Below are positions 45,548 through 55,168 of a stretch of 64,000 nt of DNA, one piece after another. The stretch is from contig USFF01000002.1 of NCBI GenBank assembly GCA_900553835.1, positions 6,756-70,755 on the forward strand, in the 5' to 3' direction. The first letter of the stretch is position 1; each line of letters opens with the position of its first letter. This DNA comes from an uncultured Mycoplasmatota bacterium (GTDB lineage Bacteria; Bacillota_I; Bacilli_A; RF39; UBA660). The notes beneath the pieces were generated by a model that was not told the origin of the DNA, made no database searches, and saw nothing but the letters and a program-made list of their open reading frames with translations. Made by a program: the position numbers and the translations under genes.

Positions 45548-47398
45548 TTATTTATTTAATACTTTAGTTTTATTAGAAGTTATTCCTATTTCTTCCAATA
45601 GTTTAGCTTTTTCTATAGAAAGTTTTCCATTTTTATATAAATTTTTTTGAGAACTTAACCACTCTTTTAAGTTGATTATCTTTCCATTAACTTCTATAGT
45701 GTAGTTTTTAGGAAAAAATAAGTCTCCATTTTTATCATAATATTCTTTTATGAATTTATATTTTTCTAACCAATTTGCCATTCTTTCACTATTAAATTCC
45801 CAAATCATTCCTATTTCATTTAGAAGTTTTATTTGTTTTTCACTAATCTTAGCTCTTCTTCCTTTATATGATGATCTTTGAGAATTTATCCAGTCTCCTA
45901 GTTTAATTATCTCTCCATTTACTTCTACTTCATATGTATTAGGAATTCTTAAATTACCATGCATCATAAAGTACTTTTTAGCTAGTTCATAGTTTTTCAT
46001 CCATTTTAGTCTAGATAAGTTTTCTGCTCTTTTGTCATTTACTTTATTAGAAAATGCTTCTATTAACTTTTTTCTTTCACTACTTAATTTATTATTTCTA
46101 CAAAGATATAATTGTTTTGTATACCATTTATTTAAGTTTATACTTTTGTTTTCTATTAAAACCTCGTAGTCAGATGAAATATTAGTGGTTTCATTTTCTT
46201 CATAGTATTTTACTACATTTTTAAATAGAATAAGCCAGTTTTTATCATCTGTAGTTTGTTTTACATCTTCCCATTTCATTCCTATTTCATTTAGAAGTTC
46301 TATTCTTTCACTTAAAAGAGTTTTCTTTTTATAACTTCTTCTTTGGTTTACTATCCAGTTTCCTAGTGATATATCTGTTCCTTCTACATTTACTATCAAA
46401 TTTCTAGGTACTAGTAAATCACCATGTTCTTTATAGTAATCTTTTGCTAATTTATAGACATATTCCCATGTAAACCAGTTTTTCTTTTCCCATTTCATAC
46501 CTATTTTATCAAGAAGCTTTATTTTATCAGCTGATATCTTATTATTACCATAATTCTGTCTCTGTGAGATTACCCACTGTCCTAGATTGATTTTTATTCC
46601 ATCTTTTTCATAAACATAAGTATAAGGTACTTTTAAATCACCATGTTCCTTATAGTAGTTAACTGCTACATTATATATTTCAAACCAATTTTTATCATTT
46701 TCTGTTTTTATCTTATTGTTTTCATTTAACATTATAAGTTCATTAACCAGTTTTTCTTTTTCAGCTGATAATTCTTTTAATTTTAACATACTTTTTTGAT
46801 TTTTATACCATGATTTTAAAAGTATTTCTTCATGACTAACTGTAACTAAATAGTCGTTAGGTATTATTAAGTTACCATGTTCTTTATAAAACTCTAAAAC
46901 CTCTTTATATAAAGAAAACCATTTTTTATCTCTGTTATCTTTTCTATTTCGTTTTCTTTGTTCTGCTTTCCACTGTACTCCTATGTTTTCAAGTAACTTT
47001 ATTTTTTCTATAGAAAGTTTTCCTTCATTATAAAATTTTATTTGATTTCTAAGCCATGCTCCTAATAGTACATTTTTATCATTTATATTTATTTTGTATG
47101 TACTAGAGAAAAGTTTATTGTTTTCTAAATAGTAATCTTTTGCTAAATTATACATATATTCCCAAGAATAAGTATTATTTATTTTCCAAACCATTCCTAT
47201 TTCATTTAAAAGGTCTATTCTTTCTTTACTTAATGTGCCTTTTAAGTACCCCTGTCTTTGAGCCATTACCCATGTACCTAGATTAATTATTATTCCATCC
47301 TTTAAAGAACTATATCTAAATGGTACTTTTAAATTACCATGTTCTAAATAGTATTCTTTTGCTAAGTTATATTTCTTTAGCCATTTTCCATCTTTCAT
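45548..47398 (-). CDS. Protein made of ~8 tandem HA domain repeats
   Basis: Same repeat unit. Blocks are colinear with parts of both neighbouring paralogues. Confidence 0.8.
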   Translation of the reverse strand: MKDGKWLKKYNLAKEYYLEHGNLKVPFRYSSLKDGIIINLGTWVMAQRQGYLKGTLSKERIDLLNEIGMVWKINNTYSWEYMYNLAKDYYLENNKLFSSTYKININDKNVLLGAWLRNQIKFYNEGKLSIEKIKLLENIGVQWKAEQRKRNRKDNRDKKWFSLYKEVLEFYKEHGNLIIPNDYLVTVSHEEILLKSWYKNQKSMLKLKELSAEKEKLVNELIMLNENNKIKTENDKNWFEIYNVAVNYYKEHGDLKVPYTYVYEKDGIKINLGQWVISQRQNYGNNKISADKIKLLDKIGMKWEKKNWFTWEYVYKLAKDYYKEHGDLLVPRNLIVNVEGTDISLGNWIVNQRRSYKKKTLLSERIELLNEIGMKWEDVKQTTDDKNWLILFKNVVKYYEENETTNISSDYEVLIENKSINLNKWYTKQLYLCRNNKLSSERKKLIEAFSNKVNDKRAENLSRLKWMKNYELAKKYFMMHGNLRIPNTYEVEVNGEIIKLGDWINSQRSSYKGRRAKISEKQIKLLNEIGMIWEFNSERMANWLEKYKFIKEYYDKNGDLFFPKNYTIEVNGKIINLKEWLSSQKNLYKNGKLSIEKAKLLEEIGITSNKTKVLNK

Positions 47399-47413
47399 AG
47401 GTTGCCTCCTTAA

Positions 47414-49015
47414 TTATTTTTTTAATGTTTTACTATTCCAAACCATACCTATTTCATTAAGTAAATTTATTTTTTCCTCATTTAGTTTTCCAAGTTCATA
47501 TAGCATCCTTTGTCTTCTTAACCAATCTCTTAAACTAAATAATTTATCATTAACTACATAACTTGAAGGAATATCTAAATTACCATATTCTTCATAGTAT
47601 TTTTTAACAAGTTCATAATTATCTAACCATTCTGAATATCTTATACTTCCAAATTCCCAAATCATTCCTAACTCATTAAGAAGTTTTATCATTTCTTCAT
47701 TTAGTTTTCCTTTTTTATAAATAGTTCTCTGCCTATCTATCCACTTTCCTAGTTTTTTAACTTTACCATTTACTATAACTTCATATTCAGAAGGTATTTT
47801 TATGTTTCCAGAATGATTATAATATTCTTTTGCTAAGTTATAAAAAAACATCCATTTTTTATCATTTTCTGTTTTTATTTTATTATCCTCGTCTAATGAA
47901 AATAGACCATTTATTAGTTTTTCTTTTTCTGGCGATAATTCTTTTTGTTTTAACATACTTTTTTGTTTTTTATACCATGACTTTAAAAGTATTTCTTCAT
48001 GATCAACTGTAACTAAATAGTTATTAGGTATTACTAAATTACCATGTTCTTTATAATAATTTATAACTGCTTTATATAAAAGTAACCATTTTTTATTTTT
48101 CTCGTTTTCTCTAATTTGTTTTCTTTCTTCTCTAGTCCACTTTAAACCAATTGTTTCAAGTAGTTTTATTTTTTCTTCAGTTAGTTTTCCCTTATTATAA
48201 AAATTTTTTTGTTTATTAAGCCATACTCCTAAAAGAATATTATTTCCATCTATATTTACTTTATAATTGGTAGTAAAAAGTTTATTGTTTTTTAAATAGT
48301 AATCTTTTGCTAGATTAAACATATATTCCCAAGAAAATTTTGCTTTCCATACCATGCCTATTTTATCAAGTAATTCTTTTCTTTTAGCACTTAGTTTACC
48401 ATTATTATAGATAATTCTTTGAGAAACTATCCAGTTACCTAAGTTTATTACTTCATCATCTTTTATGTAAGAATAAACCATAGGTACTCTTAAGTTGCCT
48501 TTTTTTTTGTAATAATTAACTGCTTCCTCATACATATATTCCCAAGAATAAGCATTATTTATTTTCCAAATCATTCCTATTTCATTAAGTAGTTCTTTTC
48601 TTTTAGCACTTAGTTTACCATTCTTATAGATAACTCTTTGAGTAGCTATCCAGCTACCTAGTTTTATTTTCTCACCATCCTTTATGTAAGAATAAACTGT
48701 AGGTACTTTCAAATTACCTTTTTCTTTGTAATAATTAGTTGCTTCTTTATACATATATTCCCAAGAGTCATTTCTTATTTTCCAAATCATTCCTATTTCA
48801 TTAAGTAGCTCTTTTCTATATTTGGGAAGTTTACCTAAACCATTATTTTCTCTTTGCCACCTTATCCATGTACCAAGATTAATTTTTGTTCCATGCTTCT
48901 CACATGAATAAGTAACAGGTATTTTTAAGTTACCATTTTCTTCATAATATTTTTTTGCTAAACTATATTTTTCGAACCAGTCTTTATCATATTCTGACCA
49001 TTTTTTGCCTTGCAT
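47414..49015 (-). CDS. Protein made of ~7 tandem HA domain repeats
   Basis: Same repeat unit. Own promoter TTGCAT-17-TGTTACAAT upstream (about 49066-49038). Confidence 0.8.
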   Translation of the reverse strand: MQGKKWSEYDKDWFEKYSLAKKYYEENGNLKIPVTYSCEKHGTKINLGTWIRWQRENNGLGKLPKYRKELLNEIGMIWKIRNDSWEYMYKEATNYYKEKGNLKVPTVYSYIKDGEKIKLGSWIATQRVIYKNGKLSAKRKELLNEIGMIWKINNAYSWEYMYEEAVNYYKKKGNLRVPMVYSYIKDDEVINLGNWIVSQRIIYNNGKLSAKRKELLDKIGMVWKAKFSWEYMFNLAKDYYLKNNKLFTTNYKVNIDGNNILLGVWLNKQKNFYNKGKLTEEKIKLLETIGLKWTREERKQIRENEKNKKWLLLYKAVINYYKEHGNLVIPNNYLVTVDHEEILLKSWYKKQKSMLKQKELSPEKEKLINGLFSLDEDNKIKTENDKKWMFFYNLAKEYYNHSGNIKIPSEYEVIVNGKVKKLGKWIDRQRTIYKKGKLNEEMIKLLNELGMIWEFGSIRYSEWLDNYELVKKYYEEYGNLDIPSSYVVNDKLFSLRDWLRRQRMLYELGKLNEEKINLLNEIGMVWNSKTLKK

Positions 49016-49071
49016 AAACTTTCCCCCTTAAAAGTATAAAATATTGTAACATATTTTATACTAAAATGCAA

Positions 49072-49094
49072 GAAAAAAAGAAGATTATACTTCT
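49072..49094 (-). terminator. Terminator of the infC-rpmI-rplT operon
   Basis: Minus strand reads AGAAG-TATAAT-CTTCT followed by a T7 run. It overlaps the rplT stop. Confidence 0.6.
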
Positions 49095-49608
49095 AGTTTA
49101 AAGCAGCTATTAATTCTGCTTTTTTCATAGTTGTATAACCTTCTATTCCTTTTTCTTTTGCAAGTGTTTTTAATTCAGCAACTGTTTTACCATTTAAATC
49201 ATTTGTTTCTTTTTCTTCTTTTACTTCAGGCTTAGCACTGTTTACTACTGGGTTTTCTAAACCCTTTTTAGCAACTTCAACTAATTTAGCAAATTCATTC
49301 ATATCTTGAATTGCAAGTTCACTAAGCATTTTTCTATTTATTTCAACTCCTGCTTTGTTAAGACCATCTATAAATTTTGAATAACTTATGTTGTTCATTC
49401 TACAAGCAGCATTAATTCTTGTAATCCATAGTTTTCTGAAGTTTCCTTTATTTTTCTTTCTATCATTGAAACTATATCTTCCACTATGCATTAATTGTTC
49501 ATGAGCTGATTTAAATAATCTGTGTTTACTTCCGAAATATCCTTTAGCTCTGTTTAAAACTTTCTTTCTTCTAGCTCTTGCTACTGTTCCGCCTTTAACT
49601 CTTGTCAT
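49093..49608 (-). CDS. rplT: 50S ribosomal protein L20 with ~50-aa C-terminal extension carrying a Rho_N/SAP-like helix-extended-helix motif
   Basis: A canonical L20 core ([18 protein letters not shown]...) ends near residue 118. The extension ends [32 protein letters not shown]. Confidence 0.9.
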   Translation of the reverse strand: MTRVKGGTVARARRKKVLNRAKGYFGSKHRLFKSAHEQLMHSGRYSFNDRKKNKGNFRKLWITRINAACRMNNISYSKFIDGLNKAGVEINRKMLSELAIQDMNEFAKLVEVAKKGLENPVVNSAKPEVKEEKETNDLNGKTVAELKTLAKEKGIEGYTTMKKAELIAALN

Positions 49609-49613
49609 TTATA

Positions 49614-49808
49614 TTACCCCCTTAAAGCTTTCTTGTATCTGTTTGTGTCAGCTCCACTTAAAACAGATCCCTTTCTATGATCTCTATTGAAACTTGTTGG
49701 TTTTTTACCAGTTTTATGGTTTGCTCCTGGTTTACCTATTTTAGTACTTCCACCAGGTCTTACAGTTACTTTTTTTGCTATACCTTTATGTGTTTTTTGT
49801 TTTGGCAT
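49614..49808 (-). CDS. rpmI: 50S ribosomal protein L35
   Basis: MPKQKTHKGIAKKV...; 64 aa, between infC and rplT. Confidence 0.92.
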   Translation of the reverse strand: MPKQKTHKGIAKKVTVRPGGSTKIGKPGANHKTGKKPTSFNRDHRKGSVLSGADTNRYKKALRG

Positions 49809-49826
49809 CTTTATCTCCTTCTTTCT

Positions 49827-50348
49827 TTATTTTTTAGGTGCTATAGTTAAACTAATTGTTCTACCCTCTAGTCTTGGCTCTTCTAAAATTGTAGCCACAT
49901 CTTCTAGAGCGTTTGCAAATTTGACAATTACATCACGTCCAAGTTCTGGATGTGCAATTTGTCTACCTTTAAATCTAACCGATACTTTGACTTTATGTCC
50001 TTTTATAATATATGCACGGGCGTTTTTGAGTTTAGTCTCAAAGTCGTGAGTGTCAATAGTTACGGATAACCTATATTCTTTGAGCTCTAAATTTTGTTCT
50101 CTCTGTTTTTTCTTGGCGTCTTTTTCTCTTTTCATCTTTTCATACTTAAACTTGTTATAGTCTATAACTTTGCAAACTGGAATTCCATCTTTGCTCATTA
50201 ATACTAAATCAAGTCCAGCATAATTAGCTAGAGTAAGCGCATCCTCTCTTTTCTTGATACCTAATTTTTCTCCATTAGGTCCAATTACCATAACTTCTTC
50301 AAATTTAATTTGTTCATTAATTAGAACGTTATCATTTTGTTTAGCTAT
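49827..50348 (-). CDS. infC: Translation initiation factor IF-3 (non-AUG start likely)
   Basis: INEQIKFEEVMVIGPNGEKLG... is the typical IF-3 N-terminus. GGAGGTG lies 6 nt before ATA at 50348-50346. The N-terminal 15 aa of the track ORF look non-coding. Confidence 0.88.
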   Translation of the reverse strand: MAKQNDNVLINEQIKFEEVMVIGPNGEKLGIKKREDALTLANYAGLDLVLMSKDGIPVCKVIDYNKFKYEKMKREKDAKKKQREQNLELKEYRLSVTIDTHDFETKLKNARAYIIKGHKVKVSVRFKGRQIAHPELGRDVIVKFANALEDVATILEEPRLEGRTISLTIAPKK

Positions 50349-50393
50349 TGTAAACACCTCCAAATATAAATAGAAAAGTGAATGCAGTTGCAT

Positions 50394-50530
50394 CCACTTT
50401 AAAACATTAAAAAGAAAACTTTTTAAGCTTTTTACCTACTTACCTATTTATAAGTCAGGTGAGTGTGGATACACTTCTTTCTCTCTTCACATGTTTAATT
50501 ATATAATATATTTTATTAAAAATCAAGAAA
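50394..50530 (-). promoter_or_regulatory. Probable L20-responsive leader of the infC operon
   Basis: Called from position and a relatively GC-rich structured stretch (GTGTATCCACACTCACCTGAC...). Not verified against a model. Confidence 0.35.
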
Positions 50531-50566
50531 AATATTAACAAAATGTACAATGTACTTTATATTGTA

Positions 50567-52315
50567 CTAATCTCTTATCTTTAGATGTGTTTCTCTTAGT
50601 TGCTGTTCTGTTACTTCTGTAGGTCCTCCCATAAGAAGATCTTGTCCACTTACATTAGGTGGGAATATTTGTACTTCTCTTAGGTTTTCTTCTCCAGTTA
50701 GTAACATTATAATTCTATCTATTCCAGGAGCCATACCAGCATGTGGTGGAGCACCATATTGGAAAGCTGTATATAAACTTTTGAATTTTGTTTTTACTAC
50801 GTTCTCATCATAACCAGCTATTTCAAAAGCTTTTTTCATTATTTCTATGCTATGATTTCTAACTGCACCACTTGCCATTTCACAACCATTACATACAAAG
50901 TCATATTGATATGCTACAATATCACCTATTTCTTTATTATTTAAAGCATCTATTCCACCTTGTGGCATACTAAATGGATTGTGTGCAAAATCCCATTTAT
51001 TATCTTCTTCATTCCATTCATAGAATGGGAAGTCATTAACTATGCAGAATTCATATCTATCTTTATCAATTAGATCTAATTCTTCTCCAAGTTTAGTTCT
51101 TAATAGACCTGCATATTTTTCACATTTGTTTTTATCACTTATTATAAATAAGCAATCATTTACATTAAGTTCTAAAGACTTAATTAAGTTATTTATTTCT
51201 TCTTCACTTAAATATTTTACTATACTTCCTTTTAGTGACAAGTCTTCCATAACTCTTATATATGAAAGTCCTGCTAAGTCAATACTTTTTGCATATTCTT
51301 CCATATTTTTAAACCAACTATTTGATTTATCTAAGTTAGTTACCTTAATACCTCTTATAACGCTTCCTTTAAATGGTTCAAATGTAGTATTTTTTAATAT
51401 ATCAGTAAGTTCAGATATAATAAGTGGATTTCTTAAGTCAGGTTTATCTGTTCCATACATAAGCATAGAGTCTTTATATGCTATTCTTCTGAATGGAGCT
51501 GGACTTACATATTTATCACTAAAAGTAGTAAATATATCATAGAATATTTTTTCTCCTACTTTATATATATCTTCTTCTGTAACAAAGCTCATTTCTAAGT
51601 CTAGTTGATAAAACTCTAATGTTCTATCTGCCCTGCAGTCTTCATCTCTAAAACAAGGTGCTATTTGGAAATATCTATTAAAACCACTTACCATTAATAA
51701 TTGCTTATATATTTGAGGCGCTTGTGGAAGTGCATAGAATTTACCTTTATATCTTCTACTAGGTATTATAAAGTCTCTAGCACCTTCTGGACTACTTGTA
51801 GTTATAATTGGTGTAGATATTTCTGTAAAGTCCATACTTTTCATTAGACTTCTAATATGATCAATTACTTTAAATCTAAATACCATATTATCATGTACTT
51901 TTTTATTTCTTAAGTCTAAGTATCTATATTTAAGCCTAGTTTCTTCACTAGCTTCTTCTGTACTTCTACTTATTTCAAATGGTAATACATTTAAACATTC
52001 TCCAAGTACTTCTACACTTTTAGCAAGAATTTCTATTTTACCTGTTTTCATATTTTTATTAATCATGTCTTCAGTTCTTAATCTAACTTCTCCAGTAATA
52101 GAAACTGTACTTTCTCTAGTTATTCCCTCAAATAAACTAGCATCTTCTGTTATTATTTGTACTATACCTGTTTCATCTCTTAATGTAACAAATGTTAATC
52201 CCCCTAGTTTTCTTATACTATTTATCCATCCTGCAACTTTTACTTCTTTACCTGCATATTCTTCACTCACTAGTCCAGAATAGACATTTCTGTAAATATT
52301 ATTTACTTTTTCCAT
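50567..52315 (-). CDS. aspS: Aspartate--tRNA ligase
   Basis: Class IIb: N-terminal OB fold, FRDEDCRADR (motif 2 region), GAPPHAGMAPGIDR (motif 3), about 582 aa. Preceded by a T-box with GAC specifier. Confidence 0.92.
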   Translation of the reverse strand: MEKVNNIYRNVYSGLVSEEYAGKEVKVAGWINSIRKLGGLTFVTLRDETGIVQIITEDASLFEGITRESTVSITGEVRLRTEDMINKNMKTGKIEILAKSVEVLGECLNVLPFEISRSTEEASEETRLKYRYLDLRNKKVHDNMVFRFKVIDHIRSLMKSMDFTEISTPIITTSSPEGARDFIIPSRRYKGKFYALPQAPQIYKQLLMVSGFNRYFQIAPCFRDEDCRADRTLEFYQLDLEMSFVTEEDIYKVGEKIFYDIFTTFSDKYVSPAPFRRIAYKDSMLMYGTDKPDLRNPLIISELTDILKNTTFEPFKGSVIRGIKVTNLDKSNSWFKNMEEYAKSIDLAGLSYIRVMEDLSLKGSIVKYLSEEEINNLIKSLELNVNDCLFIISDKNKCEKYAGLLRTKLGEELDLIDKDRYEFCIVNDFPFYEWNEEDNKWDFAHNPFSMPQGGIDALNNKEIGDIVAYQYDFVCNGCEMASGAVRNHSIEIMKKAFEIAGYDENVVKTKFKSLYTAFQYGAPPHAGMAPGIDRIIMLLTGEENLREVQIFPPNVSGQDLLMGGPTEVTEQQLRETHLKIRD

Positions 52316-52545
52316 GTTTTTTCCTCCTTTAATATAAAAAATCTATAATCTAAGGACTTATTATATAAGCGGTGCCACCTTAGTTTATAGATTTTATCTA
52401 TACTCTTTAATTCCTTAACGCAGAAATACGATTATTTTTATATTTTGTGTCTTCATAAATTATTTATTATTAGTTTACACCAAACACTAACTCTCTTTAA
52501 ATAAATTAATTTATTACTCTTCAAAACAAATAATATATTTAAATT
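52316..52545 (-). promoter_or_regulatory. T-box leader (Asp specifier GAC)
   Basis: Minus strand has AGAGAG/GTTAGTG stem I elements, specifier ATGAAGACAC (GAC at 52451-52449), T-box AAGGTGGCACCGC (52380-52368) and a terminator ending in T6 before the SD AAAGGAGG. Confidence 0.8.
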
Positions 52546-52553
52546 ATAATCTT

Positions 52554-53654
52554 TCATTTCTTTAAAGTCAATACTAAATCTTTAACATATCCTTTTACTT
52601 CTTCTGTATTAGATACATTATGATTAATATATCTATTAATTTCTTTAATTATTTCTTTTTTAGTATATCCTTCTAAATGTCTTATATTTATTAGCAAGAA
52701 TAATGTTGCTTCAAAACTATTTTCTCCACTAATTAAATTATTTAATTTATTTATGTTTATTCTTTCTTCAAATAAGTATTCACTTTCTAATCTTAACTGT
52801 CTTTTTAAGTATTTGTTTTTAATAGTTTTATATTCATCAAATAAACTGAATAAATAAGGTTTTTCTACTATAGAAGATAAATCTTCAAATTCTTCATTAT
52901 TAAATAAGAAACAATTATATAAATCTAATCCTTCTATTTTTTTACCATTTTTAGTTTTAGTAAATCTATTACTATCCCAGCATGCATCTAGTAAGAATAT
53001 TCCATGTGTTTTATATAGTTTATCATTTACATAGATTATATTTCTAGCATGATATAAATTTTTAGTAGTAGTAGACTTTGTTATAAATGTGTTTATTTTA
53101 ATATTATCATCTATGTTATATAAAACATTTTTAAGTAAAGTACTATATCCCATACAGGCAATATTGCCTGTATCTAGATAATGTTTAATATCTCCTTTAT
53201 AAACATATTCATTATTAACATTAGGAGATTTAATAGATTTTACTAAATCATAAGCATAAAATACTTTTTCAAGTGGAGTTAAATCTTTTCTTAAAAAACT
53301 TCTATAATATTTTATTAAATTAATTACTTCTATTAAATCTTCATATTTATAATAAACAAATTCATCTTCATCATAGTAAGAATATGAATAAAGTCCATAC
53401 ATAAGATCTTCTTTAGGTATATTACTAAATAATTTATCTAATTTGTTTTTTATTAGTAATTTATCTCCACATGGACAAAGATATACTTTTTCCTCTTTAG
53501 TAGATTTTATTTTTTTATATAGTTTTTTAAGTTCTTTATAATCACTTAATAAACCACAAACATAAAATTCATTATCTTTATAAGCTACATCTATATTATT
53601 TTCGCTAATAGTCATATTATTCTTTGGATTATTTATAAATAGTTCTAAATTCAT
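52554..53654 (-). CDS. Transglutaminase-like (Cys-His-Asp) superfamily protein
   Basis: GNIACMGYSTLLKNVL (Cys), YHARNIIYVND (His), FLLDACWD (Asp), in the order and spacing typical of the transglutaminase core. Confidence 0.6.
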   Translation of the reverse strand: MNLELFINNPKNNMTISENNIDVAYKDNEFYVCGLLSDYKELKKLYKKIKSTKEEKVYLCPCGDKLLIKNKLDKLFSNIPKEDLMYGLYSYSYYDEDEFVYYKYEDLIEVINLIKYYRSFLRKDLTPLEKVFYAYDLVKSIKSPNVNNEYVYKGDIKHYLDTGNIACMGYSTLLKNVLYNIDDNIKINTFITKSTTTKNLYHARNIIYVNDKLYKTHGIFLLDACWDSNRFTKTKNGKKIEGLDLYNCFLFNNEEFEDLSSIVEKPYLFSLFDEYKTIKNKYLKRQLRLESEYLFEERININKLNNLISGENSFEATLFLLINIRHLEGYTKKEIIKEINRYINHNVSNTEEVKGYVKDLVLTLKK

Positions 53655-53721
53655 AAGTGTTCCCCCAAGTTAAATATATCATAAATAAATATATATGTAA
53701 ATTCTAGATTTTATTTTTATT

Positions 53722-53836
53722 AAAAAAAGGACTAGATAGTCCTTTTGGTAGCAGCCCAATTGTTAGGCAGTAACCTTCTATTTTGCGCATTATAATAAAA
53801 TTATAATCGCCTAGGCTGGAGCTACCACCTCCCACG
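53722..53836 (-). ncRNA. Unclassified GC-rich structured element with its own terminator (candidate sRNA or riboswitch-like leader)
   Basis: Minus strand reads CGTGGGAGGTGGTAG-CTC-CAGCC-TAGGC...ATTATAAT-TTT-ATTATAAT...GCCTA-ACAATTG-GGCTG-CTACC, then AGGACTA-TC-TAGTCCT + T7. Nested helices are visible by eye. Confidence 0.4.
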
Positions 53837-53911
53837 TATATAATATATCATAAAAGGTTTATTATTACATTTTTAAATTCCGAAAATTTCCGTTTTCGAC
53901 TTTTTCGGAAT

Positions 53912-55168
53912 TTAGTACACTATGTTACTTTCATTTAATTCTACAGTATATATTTCATTAAGAGTATAATTACCACTTATTTTTACTCTTATAAAGTTAG
54001 GAGTATGTCCATAGAAGAAGCCATCCTTTTCTTCTTCTATTAATACTTTTAATTTTTTATTATAGAATTTTTTATAGAAGTTTACTTCTAATTCTTTACT
54101 TAAAGTTAGAAGTTCTTTTACTCTTCTTTTCTTAATATTACCATCTACTTTATTAGGCATAGTACTTGCAATAGTTCCATATCTATCACTATATGGAAAA
54201 GTATGTACTTTAGTGAAACCTACTTCTTTAATAGTTTCCATACTTTCTTTATGTTCTTCTTCTGTTTCTCCTGGGAAACCTACTATTACATCTGTTGTTA
54301 TGCTTACATTTTCTTTTATTTTTCTTATATAGTTAATTCTATTTATAAAGTATTCTTTATCATATTTTCTATTCATTTCTTTTAATACTTTATTACTACC
54401 ACTTTGTAGTGGTATGTGTAAATGCGGTACTAGAATGTTACTTTTACTAAATATATCTAGTACTCCATCAGTTAATTCATTTATTTCAATCGAACTTATT
54501 CTAAGTCTAATAAGGCCTTCTATTTTAATTAAATCTTTAAGTAAGTTTTCAAAGTTATATTCTCCATCTATATAGTGTCCTGTATGTATTCCAGTTAATA
54601 CTATTTCTTTATATCCTTTATCTACTAAAGATTTTACTTCTTTTATAACTTCTTCATGTTTTTTACTTCTTACTTTACCTCTTACATAAGGAATAATACA
54701 GTAAGTACAAAAATTTTCACATCCATCTTCTATTTTTACAAATGCTCTTGCTCTTGAGTGCATATTATCTAGTTCCATGTTTTCAAATTCTACTTCATCC
54801 ATATTATAAAATTTGAGTTTTTTTTCTTTATTCTTTATAAATTCTTCTACATATTCTACTACTTTAGATTTATCTTTGTTACCAAGTATTATATCTGCAT
54901 CTATTTCGTCTAATCTACCAGTGTTAAATGCATTCTGAGAAAAGCATCCAGTTACTACCAATATACTATTAGGATGATTTCTTCTTATATTATGTATTAC
55001 TCCCCTACTTTTTCTATCACTCATATTAGTTACTGTACAAGTATTTACTACATATATATCAGCATCTTCTTCACTATAAACATAACCTTTTCTAATGAAA
55101 AGGTTATGTATTAATTCACTTTCATATGTATTTACTTTACAACCAAGAGTTTTTATGCAAAACTTCAT
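53912..55168 (-). CDS. mtaB: tRNA t6A37 methylthiotransferase MtaB (MiaB-like radical SAM)
   Basis: MKFCIKTLGCKVNTYESE, radical-SAM CxxxCxxC (CENFCTYCIIP), C-terminal TRAM-like domain. The rsmE-mtaB neighbourhood matches Bacillus yqeU-yqeV. Confidence 0.85.
   Translation of the reverse strand: MKFCIKTLGCKVNTYESELIHNLFIRKGYVYSEEDADIYVVNTCTVTNMSDRKSRGVIHNIRRNHPNSILVVTGCFSQNAFNTGRLDEIDADIILGNKDKSKVVEYVEEFIKNKEKKLKFYNMDEVEFENMELDNMHSRARAFVKIEDGCENFCTYCIIPYVRGKVRSKKHEEVIKEVKSLVDKGYKEIVLTGIHTGHYIDGEYNFENLLKDLIKIEGLIRLRISSIEINELTDGVLDIFSKSNILVPHLHIPLQSGSNKVLKEMNRKYDKEYFINRINYIRKIKENVSITTDVIVGFPGETEEEHKESMETIKEVGFTKVHTFPYSDRYGTIASTMPNKVDGNIKKRRVKELLTLSKELEVNFYKKFYNKKLKVLIEEEKDGFFYGHTPNFIRVKISGNYTLNEIYTVELNESNIVY

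Noticed and set aside
53722-53836. SRP (4.5S/scRNA) or 6S RNA assignment for the GC-rich element.
   Set aside because: The plus strand contains GGTAGCAGCC, reminiscent of the SRP domain IV 3' strand. There is no matching 5' strand, no GNRA tetraloop and none of the symmetric or asymmetric loops. The length and shape also do not fit 6S RNA.
53876-53912. The hairpins containing CGA-rich cores at 53876-53912, 29226-29262 and 8454-8514, treated as one dispersed repeat family.
   Set aside because: They share only short strings (AAATTTC, CGACTTTTT, CCGAAA). The alignment is not convincing by eye, so they are treated as independent elements.
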